The notes under the pieces: model-generated
What the model was told of the DNA's origin: nothing
Seen by the model: the letters and a program-made list of their open reading frames with translations, nothing else
Databases searched by the model: none
Position numbers and translations under genes: made by a program
Assembly: GCA_036268295.1 (NCBI GenBank)
Contig: DATAUK010000047.1
Location: 106,784-170,783 of the forward strand
Reading direction: 5' to 3'
Origin: Mycobacteriales bacterium
GTDB lineage: Bacteria; Actinomycetota; Actinomycetes; JAFAQI01
Length of the DNA stretch: 64,000 bases
Shown: one piece after another, positions 10,068-19,708 of the stretch
Layout of the letters: each line of letters begins with the position of its first letter
Numbering within the stretch: position 1 is the first letter of the stretch

Positions 10068-11329
10068 ACACCCACCCGCCGCTTTGACCAAGACCCGTAG
10101 CCGGCCTTCGACTTGGCTCGGATCTGGCAGCGATAGTGCACGCCGGCGGCTAACCGCCGGTCGAGCAGCGGCGAGTTCTTCCCGGCTGCCTTGCGGGTCG
10201 TGTGATGAGCCGCCACACACCGCGCCTGGTAGCCGGTGATCCGCGAGCCACGCGCCTTCGAGTGATGGAAGCTCAGGTGGACCCGATGCGTCGTACGACG
10301 CGCCTTGAGCGCTGACGGCCGGGTCGGGGTGATCGTGCCGCGCTTGACCCGCAGCACCCGGCGCTTGGTCGCCTGGTGCGCGTTGATCGAGTTGGTACCG
10401 ATCCGGCCGCGGAAATGCGGATCAGTGCCGACCGGGAAGGTGATCCCGGTAGCGTCGACCTCGGTCGAGATGTCGCCAGGTGTCACGGCGACGGTGCCGG
10501 CGCCATCGCCGAGCGAGGTCGCCAGCCCGGCCGGGTCGAGCGTGCTCGGGTCATCGATCCCCATGTCCTCGAGGAACCGATTCGGCAAGATCACGTGATA
10601 GAAGCCGTGGAAGACCGCGCCGGTCGCCAACAGGCGGGAGTTGGTCAGCGGTGCGGTGATCTGCAGCGGATCGCCGCTGATCTGCGGCGGGATCGAAGTC
10701 TCCTCGACGTTGGTCCAGGCGTCGAGCCCCCAGAAGTCGCTCCACTGGCTCTGCTCGCTCCACTGCTGGAAGTCGCTGACGTTGCCCTGGAACGCGGTGA
10801 TGTCCTGGCCGGCCTGGTCAGGACAGGTCTCCGGCGTGACCGGCTGGCATTCCTCGTTCACACCCATCGTCACGACCGTGCCGGTGATCGTGACGTAGTA
10901 AGTGCCATCGCCGTTGTCCTCGCGGTCGACGGCCACGTGATCGGCGTACGTCGAGGTCACCCACGGCAGTAGCTCGTTGCCGAGCTCGAGGGTGATCGAC
11001 CACTGGTGGCCGGCTTCCGCGTCGCCCATTGTGGCGTAGCTTCCGCCGGCGCCGGGCTTGTCCACGGACCAGTCAATTTGAGTGGCCCCGTCGAGGACGA
11101 ACATCGACGCGGACACATCCCAGGTCCCGCCCGAGCTGAGGAGAGTGTCGTCGCGGGTGACGGCACCGATGCAAGGCGCGGCCGCCGGTGCGTTACAGAA
11201 CGGCAGCGCTGTCGACGCGATCGTGGCCCGCGCCGGGCTCGCCGGTGCCGCCGCCGCGTTGAGCGTCGGCAGTACGAGACCAATGGCCGCGGCGGTCGTG
11301 AAAACGGTCAGGACAACACGTCGAATCAT
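10064..11329 (-). CDS. secreted hypothetical protein with C-terminal FN3-like module
   Basis: Start at the ATG at 11329, preceded by GGGGGGAAG. Signal peptide MIRRVVLTVFTTAAAIGLVLPTLNAAAAPA. The C-terminus (ITGYQARC...YRCQIRAKSKAGYGSWS) resembles fibronectin type III. Confidence 0.65.
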   Translation of the reverse strand: MIRRVVLTVFTTAAAIGLVLPTLNAAAAPASPARATIASTALPFCNAPAAAPCIGAVTRDDTLLSSGGTWDVSASMFVLDGATQIDWSVDKPGAGGSYATMGDAEAGHQWSITLELGNELLPWVTSTYADHVAVDREDNGDGTYYVTITGTVVTMGVNEECQPVTPETCPDQAGQDITAFQGNVSDFQQWSEQSQWSDFWGLDAWTNVEETSIPPQISGDPLQITAPLTNSRLLATGAVFHGFYHVILPNRFLEDMGIDDPSTLDPAGLATSLGDGAGTVAVTPGDISTEVDATGITFPVGTDPHFRGRIGTNSINAHQATKRRVLRVKRGTITPTRPSALKARRTTHRVHLSFHHSKARGSRITGYQARCVAAHHTTRKAAGKNSPLLDRRLAAGVHYRCQIRAKSKAGYGSWSKRRVGV

Positions 11330-11362
11330 GACTTCCCCCCAGGTTGTCGTTACCGACAATAC

Positions 11363-12874
11363 TCAGGGAAGCCGCCATACCGCATGCAGTCGATGCGTCC
11401 CCGAGGAGCGCAGCGCCAGATTGACGTCGCCGTCTGATGCGCGGGTCACCACTCCGCCGTTCACCACGAGGTACGGCGACCAGTGCATCCGCACCGCATA
11501 CGAGCCGGCGACCGGCACGTGCACCGTCAGGCCGGTGTCACTGGTGGACACCACCTGGGCCGGTGCCGCGATGATCGGGTCGGGTGAGGCAACGGCGTAC
11601 AACTGCCAGTGCGCGCTGCTCCAAATCCGATGCAGATAGGGCAGCCCCTTGGCGATCAGCGCGCTCTCGCGCCTCGACCCATAATCGAGCTTCACGCCGA
11701 CAGCGACCGCCACGGCTTCGACCGCGTTGGTGTTGAGGAACTGGCGATAGCTCGCCGCGGTCAGCGGTGCCTGACCGTAGAAGATCGGGTTGCGCGTCTC
11801 GTCGGTCTGCCGCTCCCAGCCCCGGGCGAGCGCGACCCGCGGCAGCAGAAACGTCGAGGGCCAATGCGTTGCGGTGTCGACGATCTCGACCCGGTGATCG
11901 ACCACCGCGGGGTCGGTTGCGAGGCGACTGCGAAGCGGCGCGACGAACGACGCCGAGGTGTCGTCGACCCCGATCTGGCCCACGTCGTAGCCCAGTTGCG
12001 TGACCGGCGAGACGGCGGCCAGCGCCACGACCGCGCCGAGCTGCCAGCGTTGCAACCGGACCGCGGCAACCAGCGTCGGGACCGCCGCCAGCACGGTGAG
12101 CCGCAGCACGTTCGAGCCGACCGCGGAGTGCACGAAGTAGACGCCGGTCATGGTCACGATCGTGACGCCGGCGGCGACCCGCACCCGCCGGCCCACCGGC
12201 GAGAGCCCAACGACGGCCGCGGTGCCGACCGCAAGCAGGAAGGACGCGTCGCTGAACGGCTGATAGCCACCCACGTCACCACGAGCCAGAATCGCCAGCC
12301 CGCCGAACGTCACGACAACACCCGCGGCTGCGGTGGCAGCGGCTCGGCGCCGCGGCTCGTCGGCGATCACGAGGGCTACGACGACGACCAGCAGCAGAAA
12401 GCCGGCAACCGGGCTCGCGGCCGCGGTCACGATCGCGAGCAGGACGGCGACGAGCCGCCGGTTCCGCTCGATCGCTAGCAGGGTGGCGAGCGCGACGACT
12501 GCTCCGACCGCGAACGTCGTGCGGCCCGAGAAGACGTCGAGGTACGCCGCCACCACAAACGCACCAGCACCGAGGGACGGCCGAAGCGAGTCGCGCAGCA
12601 GCGGTAACACCACCAGCGCGGTCGCCACGATCGACAGTGCGCCGAGCCAGACCGCGCCGAACAACCCGAGCAGCGGCGGCGTGACAAGGCTGTAGCTGGT
12701 GGTGGTGATGCCGCCGTACCAGCCGGCCCAGTAGGGCACGAAGCCGCTGCGGCGGAACAGGTCCGCCCGTGCGGTCTGGGCCGACAGGTCGGTGGTGTGC
12801 GGCGTCGCGACCAGATACAGCGCGGCCAGCGCAACGGACAGCGCCACAACGTAGAGCGCGGGGCGGCTTCTCAC
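11363..12874 (-). CDS. polytopic membrane protein with C-terminal extracytoplasmic domain (GT-C-like architecture; function unknown)
   Basis: About 10 predicted TM helices followed by a soluble domain of about 170 aa. The start is trimmed to the GTG at 12874, which overlaps the glnE stop (GTGA). The track ORF extends to 13075 inside glnE. Confidence 0.7.
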   Translation of the reverse strand: MRSRPALYVVALSVALAALYLVATPHTTDLSAQTARADLFRRSGFVPYWAGWYGGITTTSYSLVTPPLLGLFGAVWLGALSIVATALVVLPLLRDSLRPSLGAGAFVVAAYLDVFSGRTTFAVGAVVALATLLAIERNRRLVAVLLAIVTAAASPVAGFLLLVVVVALVIADEPRRRAAATAAAGVVVTFGGLAILARGDVGGYQPFSDASFLLAVGTAAVVGLSPVGRRVRVAAGVTIVTMTGVYFVHSAVGSNVLRLTVLAAVPTLVAAVRLQRWQLGAVVALAAVSPVTQLGYDVGQIGVDDTSASFVAPLRSRLATDPAVVDHRVEIVDTATHWPSTFLLPRVALARGWERQTDETRNPIFYGQAPLTAASYRQFLNTNAVEAVAVAVGVKLDYGSRRESALIAKGLPYLHRIWSSAHWQLYAVASPDPIIAAPAQVVSTSDTGLTVHVPVAGSYAVRMHWSPYLVVNGGVVTRASDGDVNLALRSSGTHRLHAVWRLP

Positions 12875-15816
12875 GAAGCGAACAACCGCTCGTGGACAGC
12901 GCGGGCCCGGCGGGTCGCCCGGAGGTAGTCCTCGAGCAGGTCGCCGGTGTGACCGGACCGATAGCCCATTGCGCGGGCGATCGCGGCGAGCGATCGAGCG
13001 TCCGAGGGAACAACGTCCGACGGCCGGCCCTTGGCCAGCACGACAGCGTTTCGCACCCTGGTCGCGATGACCCAAGCCGCCCGCAACGCCTGCTCGTCAG
13101 CGCGATTCATCAGACCTTCGGACCGGGCCGCGCCCAGCGCCTCGAGGGTGGCAGTCGTGCGCAACGCCGGCATCGCGGCCGCGTGCTTCAACTGCATCAG
13201 CTGCACCGTCCACTCGACATCGGCCAGGCCACCGCGACCCAGCTTGATGTGCATCGCCGGGTCGACGCCGCGGGGCAGTCGCTCGGCTTCCATCCGCGCC
13301 TTGAGCCTACGGATCTCCCGCCGGTCTGAGTCCGCGATCCCGTTCGCCGGGTAGCGAAGCGGGTCGATCATCGCCACAAAGCGGTTGCCCAGCTCGGCGT
13401 CACCGGCAATCGGCCAGGCACGAAGCAGTGCCTGTGCCTCCCATGGTGAGGACCAGCGCCGGTAGTACTCCGCATACGAGCCGAGGCTGCGGACCAGCGG
13501 GCCCTGCTTGCCCTCCGGACGCAGGTCGGCGTCGACGAGTAGCGGCGGATCCGAGGCCGGCTTGGTCAGCAGCCGCCGAAGCTCCTGCGCGACATCATGA
13601 GCCACCCCGGTGACATCAGCTTCGTCGGCATCGAGCGGCTCGAACACGAACAGCACATCGGCGTCGCTGCCGTAGCCCTGCTCGAGCCCGCCGAGTCGAC
13701 CCATCCCGATGATCGCGAGCCGCACCGGCAGTGGCGTACGCCGCTCGGCAGCAACCTTGCGCTGCGCCGTCTCCAACGCGGCTGAAAGGGTTGCGGCGGT
13801 CACGTCGGACAGCGCGCGGCCGACCTCGTTGACGTCGAGCAGGCCGAGCAGATCACCGCAGCCGATCCGGAGCAGCTCACGGCGTCGCAGCGCCCGGGCC
13901 GCCGCGACCGCGTCCTCCCAGTCGTCGTTGCGGCGGGCAACGGCGAGCATCTCGCCGCCGAGTGCGGCAACGCCGCGCGGCCGCAGCTCGCTGTCATCGG
14001 CGAGCAGCGCCACCGCCTCCGGCGCCCGACCGAGCAGGTCGGCGACGTAGCGGCTCGTCGCCAGCAGCCGGGCAAGGCGCTCAGCGGTGACGCCCTCGTC
14101 GCGAAGGACGCGGAGATACCAAGGCGTGCTGCCAAGCGAGTCGCTGACCTGCCGGAACGAGAGCAGACCGGCATCGGGGTCGGCCGCGTCAGCGAACCAG
14201 CCGAGCATCGCCGGAAGCAGAGTCCGCAGGATCGCGGCGCTGCGGCTCACGCCGCCGGTCAGGGCCTCGAGATGGCGAAGCGCCGCGGCCGGGTCGGCGA
14301 AGCCGAGCGCCTCGAGCCGCTGCTCTGCCGCAGCAAGGGAGAGGTGGGAGTCCTGCGCCGGCAGTCGCGCAACCGCGTCGAGCAGCGGCCGGTAGAACAG
14401 TTTCTCGTGCAGCCGGCGCACCTCTCGGACGTGCCCGTCATAGACACGACGCCACTCGGCGACCTCGCGGAATCCCATTGCGCGGGCCAACCAGCGCAGG
14501 CCGTCCTCGCTGGCTGGCAACAGATGGGTCCGCCGCATCTGCTGTAGCTGCAGCCGATGCTCGACGGTGCGCAGGAACCGGTACGCCGCGCCCAGCCCAA
14601 CCGCGTCGTCGCGACCGACGTAGCCGCCGGCCGCCAACGCGTCGAGCGCGACCAGCGTCGACCCGCTCCGCAGCGTCTCGTCAGCGCGGCCATGCACGAG
14701 CTGGAGCAGTTGCACGGCGAACTCCACGTCGCGCAGCCCACCAGGGCCGAGCTTGATCTCGCGTTCCGCATCGCTCGGCGAGAGGGTGTCCACCACGCGA
14801 CGGCGCATCGCCTGGATGTCGGAAACGAAGCTCGGGCGTTGCGCGGCAGCCCAGACCAGCGGCGACACCGCATCGATGTACGCGGCGCCCAGCGCCGCGT
14901 CACCCGCCACCGGACGGGCCTTGAGAAGGGCCTGGAACTCCCAGGTGTGCGCCCACCGCTGGTAGTAGCCCTCGTGGCTCGCGACGGTTCGGACCAGCGG
15001 TCCGGACTTGCCCTCGGGTCGAAGCGCGGCGTCGACCGGCCAGATGGTGCCTTCGGCCGTGACCTCAGAGCAGGCGCGCATCATCGCGGCGGCCAGCGCC
15101 GTCGCCTTGGCGTTCTGCTCACCCGGCTCGCCGACGAAGATCACGTCGACGTCGCTGACGTAGTTGAGCTCGCGGCCGCCGCACTTGCCCATCCCGATCA
15201 CGGCGAGGCCCACCTCGGCATCGGCGCCGGTCTCCGCCGCTGCGAGCTGAAGTGCCGCCCCCAGGGTGGCCTCGGCCAGGTCCGCCAGCTCGGCCGCGAC
15301 GTCGCCGACGTCGACATCACCGGCGAGGTCGCGGGCCGCCAGGCCGAGCAATAGCCGGCGGTATTCGACCCGCAGCGCGTCATATCCGGCTCGACCGGAC
15401 AGCCCCGAAACCGCGGCGAGCAACGAGTGCTGCAGCCCCAACTGGCTCGGGCGCATCCAGGCCATCGAGTCCTCGGCCAGTGCACGCCAGTCGGCCGGCC
15501 GGCGCACCAGCGAATCGCCGAGCGCACTGCTGGCGCCGAGCACCGCGAACAGCCGGATCCGCAGACCCTCCCGCTGCCGCAGCGTCGCGAGGAACTCGGC
15601 TCGTTCCTTGGCCGCCATGATGTCGGCCATCCTGGCGAGGGTGGCGAGCGCCAGGTCGGGATCTGCGGCCGGGGCGAGCGAGCTGATGACGCCGACATCG
15701 TCGCGACCCGAGCCGATGCCGAGACCGGCGAGGGTCTCAGCCGCCCGATCGGCGTCTTGGAAGCCGGCCCGCGCAAGCTGAGCGACGAGCGTGCCCGCTC
15801 GTTCCGGCGCGGTCAC
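12871..15816 (-). CDS. glnE: bifunctional glutamine synthetase adenylyltransferase / adenylyl-removing enzyme
   Basis: Two nucleotidyltransferase modules (GMGKCGGRELNYVSDVDVIFV and GMGRLGGLEQGYGSDADVLFV). The start is trimmed to the GTG at 15816, which overlaps the upstream stop (GTGA), giving 981 aa. Confidence 0.9.
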   Translation of the reverse strand: MTAPERAGTLVAQLARAGFQDADRAAETLAGLGIGSGRDDVGVISSLAPAADPDLALATLARMADIMAAKERAEFLATLRQREGLRIRLFAVLGASSALGDSLVRRPADWRALAEDSMAWMRPSQLGLQHSLLAAVSGLSGRAGYDALRVEYRRLLLGLAARDLAGDVDVGDVAAELADLAEATLGAALQLAAAETGADAEVGLAVIGMGKCGGRELNYVSDVDVIFVGEPGEQNAKATALAAAMMRACSEVTAEGTIWPVDAALRPEGKSGPLVRTVASHEGYYQRWAHTWEFQALLKARPVAGDAALGAAYIDAVSPLVWAAAQRPSFVSDIQAMRRRVVDTLSPSDAEREIKLGPGGLRDVEFAVQLLQLVHGRADETLRSGSTLVALDALAAGGYVGRDDAVGLGAAYRFLRTVEHRLQLQQMRRTHLLPASEDGLRWLARAMGFREVAEWRRVYDGHVREVRRLHEKLFYRPLLDAVARLPAQDSHLSLAAAEQRLEALGFADPAAALRHLEALTGGVSRSAAILRTLLPAMLGWFADAADPDAGLLSFRQVSDSLGSTPWYLRVLRDEGVTAERLARLLATSRYVADLLGRAPEAVALLADDSELRPRGVAALGGEMLAVARRNDDWEDAVAAARALRRRELLRIGCGDLLGLLDVNEVGRALSDVTAATLSAALETAQRKVAAERRTPLPVRLAIIGMGRLGGLEQGYGSDADVLFVFEPLDADEADVTGVAHDVAQELRRLLTKPASDPPLLVDADLRPEGKQGPLVRSLGSYAEYYRRWSSPWEAQALLRAWPIAGDAELGNRFVAMIDPLRYPANGIADSDRREIRRLKARMEAERLPRGVDPAMHIKLGRGGLADVEWTVQLMQLKHAAAMPALRTTATLEALGAARSEGLMNRADEQALRAAWVIATRVRNAVVLAKGRPSDVVPSDARSLAAIARAMGYRSGHTGDLLEDYLRATRRARAVHERLFAS

Positions 15817-16481
15817 CCGGTGATGATCGCCGCGAAGCGCCTGGCGATCTGCTCGCCGACCGCGGCGAGCGCCTCGGCGGCGAATGCGACCGGCTCGGCC
15901 AGCGCCGGGTCGGCTCCCTCCTCGATCGCCCACGCCCGCACCAGATCGGCGTCGGCTTCGGGGTGGAACTGCAGGCCCCAGGCGAGATCGCCGACGCGGA
16001 ACGCCTGGACCGGGTACTTCGCACTCGACGCGAGCACCACGGCCGATTCCGGCAGGGCTGTCACGGTGTCGTAGTGCCATTGCACGACCGGCATGACTCC
16101 CTCGGTCAGCAGGTCGTCGCCGGTAGCGACGGTCACCTCGCTGTAGCCGATCTCCGGCCCGGCGGCGCCGCGCTCAACGGTCCCGCCGGCGGCGACCGCC
16201 AGCAGCTGGGCGCCGAGGCAGATCCCGATGGTCGGCACGCCATCGTCGATGGCGCTCGCCAGCAGCTCGCGCACCGACGGCAGCCAGGGCGCGGCATCGT
16301 CGTCATACGCCCCCATCGCTCCGCCGAGCACGATCAGCGCATCACCTTCGACCGACGGCGGCACCCGGTTGCCGAGATAGGGATGGGTCGGATGCACGTC
16401 GACGCCGATCCCCGGCAGCCACTCGGCGAATCGGCCGAGGCCTTCCGAGGCGCTGTGCTGGACCACATGCACGCGAGCCAT
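15813..16481 (-). CDS. class-I glutamine amidotransferase-like protein
   Basis: 222 aa. Nucleophile elbow GICLGAQ and LQFHPE His/Glu of the GATase1 triad. It sits between glnA2 and glnE. Confidence 0.85.
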   Translation of the reverse strand: MARVHVVQHSASEGLGRFAEWLPGIGVDVHPTHPYLGNRVPPSVEGDALIVLGGAMGAYDDDAAPWLPSVRELLASAIDDGVPTIGICLGAQLLAVAAGGTVERGAAGPEIGYSEVTVATGDDLLTEGVMPVVQWHYDTVTALPESAVVLASSAKYPVQAFRVGDLAWGLQFHPEADADLVRAWAIEEGADPALAEPVAFAAEALAAVGEQIARRFAAIITG

Positions 16482-16493
16482 TAGTCAGGCCTA

Positions 16494-17834
16494 CTACAGC
16501 ACGGGGAGATAGCGCTGTAGCTCAAAGGGCGTGACCTGGCGGCGGTAGTCCTCCCACTCGGTGCGCTTGTTGCGCAGGAAGAAGTCGAAAACCCCTTCGC
16601 CGAGGGTCTCGGCCATCAGCTCGGAGCCTTCCAGCGCCGCGATCGCCTCGGACAGCGAGCCCGGCAGCGGTGCGATTCCCATTGCGCGACGCTCGCCTTC
16701 GGTCAGCGCCCAGACATCGTCCTCGGCGCCGTCCGGCAGCTCGTAGCCCTCCTCGATCCCCTTGAGCCCGGCTGCCAGCAGGACCGCGTAGGTGAGGTAG
16801 GGGTTGCAGGACGAGTCCGGCGAGCGGATCTCGACCCGGGTCGAGTTGCCCTTCTGCGGTTTGTACATCGGGATCCGTACCAGCGCGGAGCGGTTGTTGC
16901 GACCCCAGCAGACGTACGACGGCGCCTCGCCGCCGCCCCACAGCCGCTTGTAGGAGTTGACCCACTGGTTGGTGACCGCGGTGAACTCGGCGGAGTGGTG
17001 AAGCAGGCCGGCGATGAACGACTTGCCGACCTTCGACAGGCCGAGTGGGTCGCTCGCCTCGTGGAAGGCGTTGCGGTCGCCTTCGAACAGCGACAGGTGG
17101 GTGTGCATCGCCGAGCCCGGCTGGTCGGAGAACGGCTTGGGCATGAACGAGGCGTAGACGCCTTGGGAGAGCGCAACTTCCTTGACCACAAGTCGCATCG
17201 TCATCAGGTTGTCGGCGGTGGTCAGCGCGTCGGCGTACCGAAGGTCGATCTCCTGCTGGCCGGGCGCCACCTCGTGATGGCTGAACTCCACGCTGATGCC
17301 CATCCGCTCGAGCATCGTGATCGCCTGGCGACGGAAGTCGTGACCGAGGTCATGCGGCGTCTGGTCGAAGTAGCCACCCGAGTCGATCGGTGCCGGCAGC
17401 ATCTCCTCGGTGCTCGGGCGGTCCTGGAGCAGGAAGAACTCGACCTCGGGATGGACGTAGAAGGTGAAGCCGAGGTCGGCGGCCCGCTGCATCGAGCGGC
17501 GCAGCACGTGACGCGGATCGACGTAGGACGGTGAGCCGTCGGGCATCAGGATGTCGCAGAACATCCGCGCCGTGCCGGGCGTCTCCTCGCGCCACGGCAG
17601 GACCTGGAACGTCGAGGGATCCGGGCGCGCCAGCATGTCGGACTCGTGGACCCGGGCGAATCCCTCGATGGCCGAGCCGTCGAAGCCGATGCCCTCGGCG
17701 AAGGCGCCTTCGAGCTCGGCCGGTGCAATCGCAACCGACTTCAAGAAACCGAGCACATCGGTGAACCACAACCGCACGAAGCGGATGTCGCGTTCCTCGA
17801 TGGTGCGCAGCACAAACTCTTGCTGGCGATCCAT
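16494..17834 (-). CDS. glnA: glutamine synthetase family protein, GlnA2 type (446 aa)
   Basis: MDRQQEFVLRTIEERDIRFVRLWFTDVLG..., KPFSDQPGSAMHTHLSL, NSTRVEIRSPD. The track ORF (901 aa) is extended upstream as an antisense artefact over nadE. The true ATG is at 17834. Confidence 0.92.
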   Translation of the reverse strand: MDRQQEFVLRTIEERDIRFVRLWFTDVLGFLKSVAIAPAELEGAFAEGIGFDGSAIEGFARVHESDMLARPDPSTFQVLPWREETPGTARMFCDILMPDGSPSYVDPRHVLRRSMQRAADLGFTFYVHPEVEFFLLQDRPSTEEMLPAPIDSGGYFDQTPHDLGHDFRRQAITMLERMGISVEFSHHEVAPGQQEIDLRYADALTTADNLMTMRLVVKEVALSQGVYASFMPKPFSDQPGSAMHTHLSLFEGDRNAFHEASDPLGLSKVGKSFIAGLLHHSAEFTAVTNQWVNSYKRLWGGGEAPSYVCWGRNNRSALVRIPMYKPQKGNSTRVEIRSPDSSCNPYLTYAVLLAAGLKGIEEGYELPDGAEDDVWALTEGERRAMGIAPLPGSLSEAIAALEGSELMAETLGEGVFDFFLRNKRTEWEDYRRQVTPFELQRYLPVL

Positions 17835-17888
17835 GCTGCAAGCGTACGGCCCGGGTGTTACGAACCGGTGTCGCAACCGAACTAGTCT

Positions 17889-19676
17889 GTGAATGTGCCT
17901 CGGTTGCGCATCGCGCTGGCGCAGGTCAACGCCACGGTCGGTGATCTCGCCGCCAATGCCGACACCGTTGTGACCCTGACCCGGTCGGCTGCCGCGCGCG
18001 GCGCGCATCTGCTGCTGTTCCCCGAGCTGATGCTCACCGGGTATCCCCCCGAGGACCTGGTGCTGCGGGCGTCGTTCGTCGACGGCTCGCGGGAAACGCT
18101 GGAGTCGCTGGCCGGGCGACTGGCCGAGGCGGGCCTTGGCGAGATCGCGGTTGTGGTCGGCTACGTCGATCGTTGCCCGCATCAGATCCCTCGGCTCGGT
18201 CGTCCGGCCGGCGAGCCGCAGAACGCGGCCGCGACGCTCTACGGCGGCGCGGTCGTCGCCCGGTACGCCAAGCACCACCTGCCGAACTATGGCGTGTTCG
18301 ACGAGCTGCGTTATTTCGTGCCGGGCGACCGGCTGCCGGTCGTGCGATTGCACGGCGTCGACATCGCCACCACCGTCTGTGAGGACCTCTGGCAGGACGG
18401 CGGCCCGATCGCCGTCGCGCGCGCCGCCGAGGCCGGTCTGGTGCTCTCGATCAACGCCTCGCCGTACGAACGCAACAAGGACGATGTCCGGCTCGCCCTC
18501 AACGTCCGCCGGGCGGCCCAAGCCGGCGCGACGCTGGCATACGTCAACCTTGTCGGCGGCCAGGACGAGCTGGTCTTCGACGGCGACTCGATGGTGGTGA
18601 CGGCGGCCGGGGAGCTGCTCGCCCGGGGATCGCAGTTCGACTCCGAGCTTCTGCTGATCGATCTCGAGCTGCCGGCCGCGACGTCCGACGCCGAACCGGC
18701 CGTCGACGCCCTCGACGGCACCGTGATGACGGTGCAGCGGATCACGATCAGCCACCAGCCGGTGGAGTTCGCGGCTGAGCCACCGCCGCCGGTTGCCGAG
18801 CGACTGACCGATCCGGCGGAGGTCTGGGCGGCGCTGGTGACCGGCACCCGCGACTACGTGAGCAAGAACGGTTTCACGACCGTCGTGGTCGGGCTCTCCG
18901 GTGGCATCGACTCCGCGGTCGTCGCGACGATCGCCGCCGACGCGCTCGGGCCGAAGGCCGTCAATGTCGTCGGGATGCCCAGCCGCTACTCCTCCGACGC
19001 CAGCGTCACCGACGCCGAGGACGTCGCCGACCGGCAAGGCCTGGCATGGACGCAGCTGCCGATCGCGACGATGGTCGAGAGCTTCGAGAAAGCGTTCGCC
19101 GACACCCCGACCGGTGGCCTGCACGGTCTCGCCGAGGAGAATCTGCAGGCGCGAGTGCGAGGCGTCACGTTGATGGCGCTGTCGAACGAGTGTGGCCACC
19201 TGGTGCTGACCACCGGCAACAAGAGCGAGCTCGCGACCGGTTTCTCCACGCTCTACGGCGACAGCGCAGGCGGTTTCGCGCCGATCAAGGATGTGCCGAA
19301 GACGCTGGTCTGGGAGTTGGCGCGTTGGCGCAACCAGACTGCTCGCGAGCGCGGCGAGGTCGAGCCGATCCCGAGCGCGATCATCGACAAGCCGCCGTCC
19401 GCCGAGCTCTCACCGGGACAGCTCGACGCCGACCGGCTGCCTGACTACGCCGTGCTCGACGAGGTGCTCGACGGGTACGTCGAGCGCGACCTCGGCCGTG
19501 AGGAGCTGGTGGAGCTCGGGTACGACGCCGAGCTGGTCGAGCGGGTGATCCGGCTGGTCGACACTGCGGAGTACAAGCGGCGTCAGTACCCCCCGGGGCC
19601 GAAGATCACCCCGAAGGGCTTCGGCCGCGACCGCCGACTCCCTATCACCAACCACTGGCGCGAGCCTCATAGATGA
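17889..19676 (+). CDS. nadE: glutamine-dependent NAD+ synthetase
   Basis: N-terminal CN-hydrolase domain (LLLFPELMLTGYPPEDL, TVCEDLW) and C-terminal PP-loop synthetase (VVGLSGGIDSAV). GTG start. Confidence 0.9.
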   Translation: MNVPRLRIALAQVNATVGDLAANADTVVTLTRSAAARGAHLLLFPELMLTGYPPEDLVLRASFVDGSRETLESLAGRLAEAGLGEIAVVVGYVDRCPHQIPRLGRPAGEPQNAAATLYGGAVVARYAKHHLPNYGVFDELRYFVPGDRLPVVRLHGVDIATTVCEDLWQDGGPIAVARAAEAGLVLSINASPYERNKDDVRLALNVRRAAQAGATLAYVNLVGGQDELVFDGDSMVVTAAGELLARGSQFDSELLLIDLELPAATSDAEPAVDALDGTVMTVQRITISHQPVEFAAEPPPPVAERLTDPAEVWAALVTGTRDYVSKNGFTTVVVGLSGGIDSAVVATIAADALGPKAVNVVGMPSRYSSDASVTDAEDVADRQGLAWTQLPIATMVESFEKAFADTPTGGLHGLAEENLQARVRGVTLMALSNECGHLVLTTGNKSELATGFSTLYGDSAGGFAPIKDVPKTLVWELARWRNQTARERGEVEPIPSAIIDKPPSAELSPGQLDADRLPDYAVLDEVLDGYVERDLGREELVELGYDAELVERVIRLVDTAEYKRRQYPPGPKITPKGFGRDRRLPITNHWREPHR

Positions 19677-19708
19677 CGCGGGGGTCTCGGCGTACCTAGC
19701 GTCGCGGT

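Noticed and set aside
17857-17883. Possible GlnR-type box (GTTAC-n6-GTGTC-n6-GAACT) in the glnA2/nadE divergent region
   Set aside because: Only the first half-site fits the GTnAC-n6-GAAAC pattern I remember. The b-sites are poor matches. This is not supportable without a scoring matrix.
17835-19199. Upstream 455 codons of the 901-aa ORF 16494-19199
   Set aside because: This part runs antisense through nadE and is Arg/Gly-rich. The GS homology begins exactly at the ATG at 17834, giving the 446-aa size of GlnA2-type enzymes.
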